From IMG/VR virus record IMGVR_UViG_3300025364_000003, positions 1-64,000 of that record: a stretch of DNA of 64,000 nt; one strand, 5' to 3'. Of the stretch, positions 56,889-64,000 are shown piece after piece. Position numbers and translations under genes: made by a program. A model generated the notes under the pieces. It was not told the DNA's origin. It worked only from the letters and a program-made list of their open reading frames with translations, and searched no databases. Numbering within the stretch: the stretch's first letter is position 1; every line of letters begins with the position of its first letter.

Positions 56889-57385
56889 ATAACGAACTCA
56901 AATGTCGCTTCCCGCCTCATTGGGAAGGAATGGATCGGGCAAGGGAAAAAACAGAGTTAGTTAGAAAAGAAAACAGCATTTTCATGGATAGCCTAGAGCC
57001 CGGAATGTTGTTTCGTCCTGTGACGAAAAATGGAATGTTGTTTAATAGTGAACAACTTTTGAAATTGTTTGACGACAACAACCGTGATTTTAGTGACATA
57101 ACCCTTTTTGAACTTGAAAAGTTGTTGCTTAAAACCAAGGATTCACTCGTTCTAATCAACGAGTATAAGAATTTTAATGAGGCCAAAGACTGGTTCTTCT
57201 TGTTAAGCACATCTTTTCAAACAGTGTGGACGGCTGGTGTCTATCTCGAACAATATTTTCCAAATCCTGACAGCACCGAGGGTTATAGATTCATCGAATC
57301 TCTTTGGGGGGAAACACGAGTCTTTGTGTGTTATCCTACCAATAGGCACAAGTTAATAAAAAATGAAATCGAATTCAAGACATAA
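56885..57385 (+). CDS. paralog family A member
   Basis: LEPGMLFR ... FFLLS ... LWGETRVFV. Confidence 0.55.
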   Translation: MNNELKCRFPPHWEGMDRAREKTELVRKENSIFMDSLEPGMLFRPVTKNGMLFNSEQLLKLFDDNNRDFSDITLFELEKLLLKTKDSLVLINEYKNFNEAKDWFFLLSTSFQTVWTAGVYLEQYFPNPDSTEGYRFIESLWGETRVFVCYPTNRHKLIKNEIEFKT

Positions 57386-57755
57386 GCTAGAAAAGGGTTG
57401 CCTGATAAAACTGTCAGGTTCATATCTCCGATTTGATCGGAAGAAAAAAAAGCTTTTGTTTCCAGGAGTTATAAAAGACTTTTTCATCAAACGTGTAGCC
57501 AATGATAACGAATTTCATTCGCATGATGATCATAAAGAGGAATCGTTAGTTGGCTATTGGTTTGTATGTGAAAATGAGAATGCTCCTTTCTTGTATTTGG
57601 ACTATTGGAGCATCCCTCTAGGTAAAAAGACTCATGGAGCAGACCCCATTATAGAGCACCACTTTAGAGTATTATTTGAAGAAAAAATGCTTGATCTCAT
57701 TTTTGTAACAGAAATGGGCTTTTCGGCACCAGAGTTATTCGAGGTAATTCAATGA
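57363..57755 (+). CDS. paralog family A member
   Basis: LEKGCLIKL ... FLYLD ... VLFEEKM. Confidence 0.6.
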   Translation: MKSNSRHKLEKGCLIKLSGSYLRFDRKKKKLLFPGVIKDFFIKRVANDNEFHSHDDHKEESLVGYWFVCENENAPFLYLDYWSIPLGKKTHGADPIIEHHFRVLFEEKMLDLIFVTEMGFSAPELFEVIQ

Positions 57756-58087
57756 AAATAAGAGATGTCGATTCCAGGTTTGTTGAAGTCCCAATGGAAA
57801 TACTGACATCTTATTCTGAAGTCAATTCGGAAATATTTAGGGATTGGCTTCAACTGCGAGATTGTAAAGCAGGTAGTTTGTTTTCATCAAAAGATGAGTT
57901 GCGCTTTAATCAACGCCATATTGGTAAAGGTGACATAGTCATGATTATAAGCGCTACGTTTACGGTGGTGAAAGCACAAAAAGTTTGGGCCGAATTTATC
58001 TTCCTGCATGAAGATCATGTTCATACCATAGAGATTCCGGTAACAAACTGGCAAGCTTGGTTCACTCCTCTTAAAAATGAAGCCTGA
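57752..58087 (+). CDS. paralog family A member
   Basis: CKAGSLF ... IVMII ... FLHEDHV. Confidence 0.6.
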   Translation: MKIRDVDSRFVEVPMEILTSYSEVNSEIFRDWLQLRDCKAGSLFSSKDELRFNQRHIGKGDIVMIISATFTVVKAQKVWAEFIFLHEDHVHTIEIPVTNWQAWFTPLKNEA

Positions 58088-58307
58088 AGTAAAAATAGGC
58101 AAGATTTACGAACTAAGAATTCCTCCTCACGAATCACATGAAGGCAAATATGTGATCGTAACGGAAATTATTCCTTGTTCAGTGACATTCGACAAGCGGC
58201 CAACTTATAATTTTCATTTGCTTTAGGGCGAAAAAATTATTGTCAAACACACGACTGAAGATTTTTTCTTTGCATGGTTTAAAGAAGCGAGTAATAGTAA
58301 TGATTAA
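58077..58307 (+). pseudogene. paralog family A member with in-frame TAG
   Basis: MKPEVKIGKIYEL...FHLL*GEKIIV...ND*; TAG at 58224-58226. Confidence 0.65.
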
Positions 58308-58581
58308 AGTTGGACAACTTTGGCAGGCTCTCGAAAATATCGAAGTCAATGACTACACCTACTACTTTACAACAGTCGATTTCAAACCCGCTGTTGTTCT
58401 CAGACATGAAATTGTTATGATAACAAAGGTCATCGAAGTAATGAAGAGCGACCCCACTTCATTTTATTGGATTGAGTTCCTTTCAAGAGATAAAAGGTGC
58501 TTTGTTCACAATGTCACATATATGTGGATGCAAAAACATTTCTTGCAAATGCAACCAGAGGTTTATCAGGAAACTTTATAA
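58300..58581 (+). CDS. paralog family A member
   Basis: IKVGQLW ... IVMIT ... FLSRDKR. Confidence 0.6.
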   Translation: MIKVGQLWQALENIEVNDYTYYFTTVDFKPAVVLRHEIVMITKVIEVMKSDPTSFYWIEFLSRDKRCFVHNVTYMWMQKHFLQMQPEVYQETL

Positions 58582-58618
58582 GTTTTATTCGTTTTCTCAT
58601 ATGTGCTATGGTTTGAGC

Positions 58619-58942
58619 ATGGGCATTTCATCCGAAAATTGGTTCCCTCCTTCGTATTCATCTGAGCTGGTAACTAAGCTAAAAGCTAAAAATCAAGATT
58701 CTTGTTTTGCTCCACCATGGAAGAAAACACACTGTTATCATCGAGCTGTTCCTGGTTTTAGTCCAGAATTACAATGCAAGAGAAATCCAGTTTGGTGGCA
58801 CCCAGATTGCGTGGATGCCTATTGTGATTTTCATGTGACCACAAGAATGAAAAAGTACATGCGGGCAAAGTGGGCTCGTAGCTTATATCAAATGACAATA
58901 GATGAAATCTGTTTAGCCTATCCTCATATCACGCTTTTCTAA
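58619..58942 (+). CDS. Trp/Cys-rich paralog family B member
   Basis: WFPPSYSSEL ... C ... WWHP ... YCDFH ... W. Confidence 0.65.
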   Translation: MGISSENWFPPSYSSELVTKLKAKNQDSCFAPPWKKTHCYHRAVPGFSPELQCKRNPVWWHPDCVDAYCDFHVTTRMKKYMRAKWARSLYQMTIDEICLAYPHITLF

Positions 58943-59298
58943 TGAATAAAAAATACAAATCATCTGTAAACTTTTCCCCGCCCAATTTTTGGACCCCTCC
59001 CAGGTATACAAGAGAGTATGCACAACATATTGCTGAAAGAATTAGCTATTACCACGACGTGGTACTGCATTCCAAAATAGAGTTTCCGTTGTACAGGGGT
59101 ACAAAACTAACATGCAGCAACGGTTATTGTAAATCAAATTCGGATGACATTTGGTGGACCCCGATAAAAAGCGAAAGCTCATACTGTTCAGCATGTGCAA
59201 CACCAAATTATAAATCTAGCGTATATCGCCAATGGCTAATAACCAGCTATTTCTACTTTCTGGACAATAAAGGCTTATTAGAGAAGTTTGTCAAATAA
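58942..59298 (+). CDS. paralog family B member
   Basis: WTPPRYTRE ... WWTP ... YCSAC ... W. Confidence 0.65.
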   Translation: MNKKYKSSVNFSPPNFWTPPRYTREYAQHIAERISYYHDVVLHSKIEFPLYRGTKLTCSNGYCKSNSDDIWWTPIKSESSYCSACATPNYKSSVYRQWLITSYFYFLDNKGLLEKFVK

Positions 59299-59318
59299 AC
59301 ACTAAGGAGATAAACGAG

Positions 59319-59713
59319 ATGACGCAAACAAGCCAAGTGACCAAATTGGTTCCAGAAAATTGGTCACCTCCCAAGTGGTCCAAGGAATTAATGAAAGAGT
59401 TTCATGATTTAATGTTGCCACATATGAAATATGATAACCACAGACACAAAATTCAATTCTTAAATCAAAAGCCTCTTTGCGTCGTCAAAAAAGCAAAAAC
59501 CTCGCCACTGGTATCATTTGAGTACAATTACATTCCTTGTAACAAGGACCTTGTAACAAGGATGGAGTTTGGTGGGCTCCTGTTGTTACAGATACTTATT
59601 GCGAAGAGTGTATTGATTATTTTCTCAAAGATATTTTTTACACCATTTGGCAGCAAATAAAAGTGGAGCTTACCTATTGTCGTCTTAACAAATTTTGGCG
59701 GCTCCATGAGTAA
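59319..59713 (+). pseudogene. paralog family B member frameshifted by a 14-bp tandem duplication
   Basis: CCTTGTAACAAGGA x2 at 59535-59562; removing one copy restores CNKDGVWWAPVVTDTYCEEC...LHE*. Confidence 0.8.
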
Positions 59714-59984
59714 GCAAGATTTAGCAACCAAACGAATGGATATATACAAAGCCAAGCCTGGTATGTTGGTTGTAAACCAAACATGGCTTTCGTGTCTTGA
59801 TCATAACAATTTGAAAATTCAGCTCACCCCCTACAAACTTATGCTTCTGGTCAGTGTTGAGGTTTTCATATATAAAAATCGCTGTTACGTTCGAAGCGAC
59901 ATTCTGTTAGAAGAAAAAGTTTATCGGCTTCTCGAACTAAGCAAAGAAAAATGGAATGAAAGTTTTAGAATAGTCTTACCATGA
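59706..59984 (+). CDS. paralog family A member
   Basis: AKPGMLVV ... LMLLV ... LLEEKVY. Confidence 0.6.
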   Translation: MSKQDLATKRMDIYKAKPGMLVVNQTWLSCLDHNNLKIQLTPYKLMLLVSVEVFIYKNRCYVRSDILLEEKVYRLLELSKEKWNESFRIVLP

Positions 59985-60184
59985 ACAAAGAAATGACTAT
60001 GGATTTTAAAATCAAATGCAATGCCGATGGATGCAATCATAGTGCAGACTTCTTCCAAATAAAAAAAACTTGTACTAGCTTTTATTGCTCTGAGCACGCC
60101 CCTTCAAAACTAAGACGACAATACCAACGAAAAAAGAGATATAATTTGATTCTAAGCAGAATTAATGAAGGTACAATAAAATAA
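59981..60184 (+). CDS. small Cys/His protein (family B-like)
   Basis: CNADGC ... FYCSEH. Confidence 0.5.
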   Translation: MNKEMTMDFKIKCNADGCNHSADFFQIKKTCTSFYCSEHAPSKLRRQYQRKKRYNLILSRINEGTIK

Positions 60185-60225
60185 ATGATATTAGCACCAA
60201 TATGCTTGATTGAAAAAAGATAATC

Positions 60226-60534
60226 ATGGATATTCTCTCAGAACCAGATTGGAGACCACCAAAAATAAGCAGTGAACTGCTTATCAAAATAAAGCCGTTC
60301 ATCCATGATTATGAATATTTCATGGCTACCGAACATAAATGCCAACACTTTGTCTCTACCGTAGATGAAAAATATGAATGTCACAATGAAATAACTTGGT
60401 GGTGCCCACAGTCAGGCGATTGCTTTTGCGAAGAACATGTCACCTCAGGATTAACCAATTTTCTAAAACAACAATGGCGATGGATTCGATATCAATACTT
60501 TATCAAAGAAATCTTTCCTAAACTTAAGAAATAA
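60226..60534 (+). CDS. paralog family B member
   Basis: WRPPKISSEL ... WWCP ... FCEEH ... W. Confidence 0.7.
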   Translation: MDILSEPDWRPPKISSELLIKIKPFIHDYEYFMATEHKCQHFVSTVDEKYECHNEITWWCPQSGDCFCEEHVTSGLTNFLKQQWRWIRYQYFIKEIFPKLKK

Positions 60535-60565
60535 CCATTTCTTATAAGTTTTTGGCGCCCCCCAT

Positions 60566-60889
60566 ATGACATATCATCCCAATATCCTCCAGAAAAATAA
60601 ACACAACATATGGACCCCTCCCAAGTGGTCCAATGAACTAATACTCTGGTGTGAACAATACTCCTCCATCTCAGATTACCTAAAGTTCTCCCCACCCCAC
60701 TGCTCAGCTTGTAACTCATACCCCATATGGTGGTTCCCACAGACTTATATCGCCTACTGCCAAAAACACGCAGACAAAGGTTGGGTCTCCCTATGTTCCA
60801 AAGTCTGGTTCCAAACCCTCTATGAATTCAACCTCTTCCTACTAACAAAAGAAGGGAAAATACCACATGACCCATATGCCAAACTGTAA
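60566..60889 (+). CDS. paralog family B member
   Basis: WTPPKWSNEL ... WWFP ... YCQKH ... W. Confidence 0.7.
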   Translation: MTYHPNILQKNKHNIWTPPKWSNELILWCEQYSSISDYLKFSPPHCSACNSYPIWWFPQTYIAYCQKHADKGWVSLCSKVWFQTLYEFNLFLLTKEGKIPHDPYAKL

Positions 60890-60900
60890 ACTGCACACAA

Positions 60901-61167
60901 ATGAAAATTGCACTTATAAGTTTCATCAAATACAACATACTAAACCCTAACAATAGACCACTAGTAGAACTACCCTCCTGTATCAATAAACTTAGCCTCA
61001 CTAAACATATAGGTCACATTTGGTGGCAACCCTTCTCAGATATCGCTGTATGACAAAATCATCTCGATAACGTCCATAAATCCTGGTTCTATACCAAATG
61101 GTTACTACTCAAATATCATAGAACTCTAACACATATTCAAGAAATATTCCACTCCTACTACCAATAA
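60901..61167 (+). pseudogene. paralog family B member with in-frame TGA at the conserved Cys
   Basis: IWWQPFSDIAV*QNH versus IWWFPQTYIAYCQKH in the neighbour; TGA 61051-61053. Confidence 0.65.
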
Positions 61168-61375
61168 CTTCTCTAACAAAAGACACATAATTTTTTTCAT
61201 AACAATTTCTATATTCCGTCAGATGAGGTTTTTTAAAGAATGTTTACTTTTGGCCTGTTATGTGCGATTATGAGGCAAGAGAGGGTACTGAGGGGGTTTT
61301 GAGAGAGCTTTAGGGGTGCTTTAGGGGTAATACCCCTTCACGGAACGATTCTCATGGGAAAACGAAAACGTTGAT
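61168..61375. other. non-coding strand-skew switch point; candidate replication origin or genome terminus
   Basis: C-rich/G-poor to the left, G-rich/C-poor to the right; GCTTTAGGGGT x2 and palindrome AGGGGTA-A-TACCCCT. Confidence 0.45.
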
Positions 61376-62020
61376 ATGGATACAAAAACGCACATTTTGA
61401 CTCGATCTCTCCCTAAGGGGGAAACAACTTTGGGGGAGTCATCTTCTGGGGGATTTGCATCAACTAGTAGTTCTGGTTCTACTGTGGTATTGAAGGATTA
61501 TCGTCCTAGGTGGTCCAATCATCTTTTTGGTCCGGGTACATTGGTAGAGACGAGGCACAGTTATGGTGGTAAGGGATTGGTTAGGAGGGTGAGTCAGTAT
61601 CCTGGGTTAATGAAGAGGGGGTATGGGACTGAACATGCTATTGAGTTTAGTTGGTATGTGAGGATGGACTCATCTGTTCTACCTGAGGGAGAAGAGATGT
61701 TGTTGGGCAGGATAAGGGAAATTGCGTATCAGGATGGTGGTCGGGAGCCATTGAGGTTTCCTGATTCTCCTTATAGTGCGAAGTTGGTACCGGTTGGTGC
61801 CCTGGGTATGGTGGTGACTTATGTTAGGGTGGGGAGAACATTTACATTTCTTGAAGAAGAATTTCTTCCTTCGTTGGATGACCCAAATTTCTATATTGTT
61901 TACTTTCAGGAATACCTTGACATTGTTAAAGCAGGACTTTATTTGGTTCCTGTAAAAGAAACAAAAAAAGCGAAAGAAAGAACTTCTTATGAAGAAGGTT
62001 TAGAGATTAGTGTTTGGTAA
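61376..62020 (+). CDS. hypothetical protein (family A-like C-terminal part)
   Basis: FGPGTLVE ... LGMVV ... YIVYF. Confidence 0.55.
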   Translation: MDTKTHILTRSLPKGETTLGESSSGGFASTSSSGSTVVLKDYRPRWSNHLFGPGTLVETRHSYGGKGLVRRVSQYPGLMKRGYGTEHAIEFSWYVRMDSSVLPEGEEMLLGRIREIAYQDGGREPLRFPDSPYSAKLVPVGALGMVVTYVRVGRTFTFLEEEFLPSLDDPNFYIVYFQEYLDIVKAGLYLVPVKETKKAKERTSYEEGLEISVW

Positions 62021-62041
62021 ACAAAAGAAAGAATATTAAAG

Positions 62042-62100
62042 AAAAAAGCATGACAACCAATTAAGGTGTCATGCAATTAAGGTGTCATGCTTTTCTTTTG
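62042..62100. terminator. bidirectional terminator containing a 16-bp tandem duplication
   Basis: AAAAAAGCATGACA...TGTCATGCTTTT; CAATTAAGGTGTCATG x2 at 62058-62089; convergent genes. Confidence 0.75.
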
Positions 62101-62112
62101 TGTCAAGTCACT

Positions 62113-62475
62113 TTAGTTATTTTTCATACGAAACTTTTTTATGTATCGAAGATCTTTTTTTTCGATCCAAATTTTTGCTTCTTGATTGAAGAAAGAAAAG
62201 TAAGTGTAAGGAGAGAACATTCCATCTGTTCTCTGAACAATTGTTTCGCCAATGTAAACAAAGGGAGGAGAGCCTACCCATCTCCAGGCCCAGGCCCCTG
62301 TAATCTTACGGTCATCTTCAGAAGAGTAAGCAACAGGTTCCGTGTTCTTTCTTCTGGTATAGAGCTTACCTACCTGTAGTAGGATAGGCTTACCAGGATA
62401 AGTGTGAAAATATGAAGGAGCCTGACCTTGTGAGAATTCCCCAGGGTTGTAGATGTAACGATCAGGCTCCCTCAT
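62113..62475 (-). CDS. paralog family A member
   Basis: LQVGKLYT ... FVYIG ... FFNQEAKIWI. Confidence 0.55.
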   Translation of the reverse strand: MREPDRYIYNPGEFSQGQAPSYFHTYPGKPILLQVGKLYTRRKNTEPVAYSSEDDRKITGAWAWRWVGSPPFVYIGETIVQRTDGMFSPYTYFSFFNQEAKIWIEKKDLRYIKKFRMKNN

Positions 62476-62543
62476 TTTTCTTTTTTCTCCGTAGCGCTTG
62501 ACCTGCTTTAGTTTATTAACGTCGTTTTCTAAAATAGAACAGT

Positions 62544-63995
62544 CTAATACCTTTTGAAAGCTTTGTCTCGCTTCATCTGAACTGCGAGGTCGCCCTTACG
62601 GACGGCATCCATGGTACCATGCTCGGTGATGACCCAGATCACACGGGTTCCGATGATCTGACCCATGGTCGGAGCATAGCCATCGGTGAGCATAACGATG
62701 CCGGCCCACTTGCCTCGGTTCTCGGGGAGGTTCATGAAATTCCGAACGCAGTCAAAATCGGTACCACCGCAGCGGGTACGATGGGCAGGAGGGAAGGGAC
62801 GCCCCTTCTTCCAGACCGTGTGACTCCTCTCGTCCACCTGAGTATCGAAGTGATAGACATCGAGGTCGGTTTCACCAGCGAAGGACTCAAGCTCAGAGAA
62901 CAACATTGCGATATCGTCATCGCTCATGGAACCCGACTGGTCGATGAAGCAAGCAAAGTTGGCCTTGTACTTGCGCTTGTAGCCTGGGAACATGTAAGGC
63001 GCCTTCTTGTTGATGCGCTTGATGGTGCTGTTACGCTCCATGGAACGACAACGACCGATGAACTGACGAAGGATGGAACGCCAGTCGATTTCCCTGGAAA
63101 GAATCTTACGAATGATTTCCGCAATTTCCAACGGAACCGAGCCCCAATCGTTGGTACGATCGGCACGCTTCACAGCCTTTTCGAGAACGTCACGGACCTT
63201 GTCACGAATCTGCTCCTTGACTTCCTCAGGGAGTTCGCCCCATTTTCCGTGGTCATCGATCGATGACATGCCCTTACCGACAGCGACGGTAACGGAATTT
63301 CCGTTCCCATTCTTCTTCTGCTCTTCTTCGATTTCTCGGAGCTTCTCGAAATAGAAGTCTGAGGACTCCATCTTTGGAGCGTTGGCGATAAACTCTGCGT
63401 AGGGACCATCAATTTCCTTGCCGGTAGCAGGATCAATGGGGTTCTTGCCGGGGATCAAGCAAGCGTCTGGGAGATTCTTTTCTCCAATGATGGAGTTGAT
63501 TGCAAGGTCGGTTGCCCAATTCCAAAGGACCTGATAATCCTTATCACCGGGAGCACGCTCGAAAATGTGCTGGAAAATCAGGTGGTACATCTCGTGCTTG
63601 ATGACGCCCTGTCGCTGACTCGGGGAGAGCGACTTGAAGAAATTCGGGTTGAAGCCCATGACCACCTCATGACGACGCCCGTTAGGACGAACGCCCACGT
63701 AAGCGGTAGGCATGTCATAGTCCGAGATCTTGGTAACTTCTGCGGACACCGTTCCGATGAACGGATCATTCATGTAGACCTTAAGGAAGTCGTGGTCGAA
63801 CTCACGGGCGCCTACGGTGCGCTCTTCCTCAGCCTTCTTAGCGATCTCACCAATTGCGGCATCGGCAGCAGCCTCGGCTTCCTGCCGAGACATGCCTTGT
63901 TCCTTCATGCGACGTTCGATGATCTGCTCACGGACCTGAGCCTTGATATCGTTCAGTTTTTCTGGAGAGACACCTGCGGTCTTCTTCTCCGACAT
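62544..63995 (-). CDS. metallopeptidase-like + vWA domain protein (DUF2201 type)
   Basis: KHEMYHLIFQH, WNWATDLAIN, MIDAS DQSGS, GGTDF, LTDG. Confidence 0.85.
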   Translation of the reverse strand: MSEKKTAGVSPEKLNDIKAQVREQIIERRMKEQGMSRQEAEAAADAAIGEIAKKAEEERTVGAREFDHDFLKVYMNDPFIGTVSAEVTKISDYDMPTAYVGVRPNGRRHEVVMGFNPNFFKSLSPSQRQGVIKHEMYHLIFQHIFERAPGDKDYQVLWNWATDLAINSIIGEKNLPDACLIPGKNPIDPATGKEIDGPYAEFIANAPKMESSDFYFEKLREIEEEQKKNGNGNSVTVAVGKGMSSIDDHGKWGELPEEVKEQIRDKVRDVLEKAVKRADRTNDWGSVPLEIAEIIRKILSREIDWRSILRQFIGRCRSMERNSTIKRINKKAPYMFPGYKRKYKANFACFIDQSGSMSDDDIAMLFSELESFAGETDLDVYHFDTQVDERSHTVWKKGRPFPPAHRTRCGGTDFDCVRNFMNLPENRGKWAGIVMLTDGYAPTMGQIIGTRVIWVITEHGTMDAVRKGDLAVQMKRDKAFKRY

Positions 63996-64000
63996 TTCCT

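Noticed and set aside
58077-61167. Stop-codon reassignment suggested by in-frame TAG (58224) and TGA (61051)
   Set aside because: Long genes are uninterrupted in the standard code, conserved genes end properly at TAG (tyrS) and TGA (polA, primase), and no suppressor tRNA is seen; isolated nonsense mutations are simpler
1-64000. Cellular chromosome or eukaryotic giant virus origin (tyrS, dnaJ, infA, Mre11-Rad50 fusion)
   Set aside because: Housekeeping-like genes are scattered among tiny unknown ORFs, homing endonucleases and virion genes, with sigma70 promoters, SD sites and bacterial-type IF-1 and primase; fits a large bacteriophage

Overview
Gene-dense, AT-rich segment of a large (jumbo-type) dsDNA bacteriophage genome; host not identifiable from sequence. 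Left to right: (1) family A DNA polymerase, 2H phosphoesterase, HNH genes, two tRNA-Arg genes and tyrosyl-tRNA synthetase; (2) a ~15 kb minus-strand virion-structural operon (LamG/FN3-like and baseplate/fibre-like proteins) interrupted by homing endonucleases; (3) primase preceded by a GIY-YIG gene carrying a duplicate primase 5' end, and a single-chain Mre11-Rad50 (SbcD-SbcC) with a class 3 LAGLIDADG intein; (4) ~33 kb of accessory genes: deaminase, fatty-acid hydroxylase, AlkB, UvsE, GNAT, tRNA-Ala, cytidylyltransferase, IF-1, SpoU methyltransferase, SprT, bL12-like domain, NUDIX, RNA ligase, DnaJ, vWA-metallopeptidase, plus two expanded families of small unknown paralogs. Signals the gene list does not explain: a ~860 nt promoter-driven, heavily base-paired non-coding locus with two embedded aberrant tRNA-like elements (32.9-33.75 kb; best candidate for an undescribed system); a sharp C-rich to G-rich strand-skew flip around a non-coding palindrome at ~61.3 kb (candidate origin/terminus); repeated hairpin-associated tandem duplications and frameshifts confined to accessory genes; and several apparently leaderless transcripts including polA and infA. 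All calls are from manual motif reading; no database searches were run.
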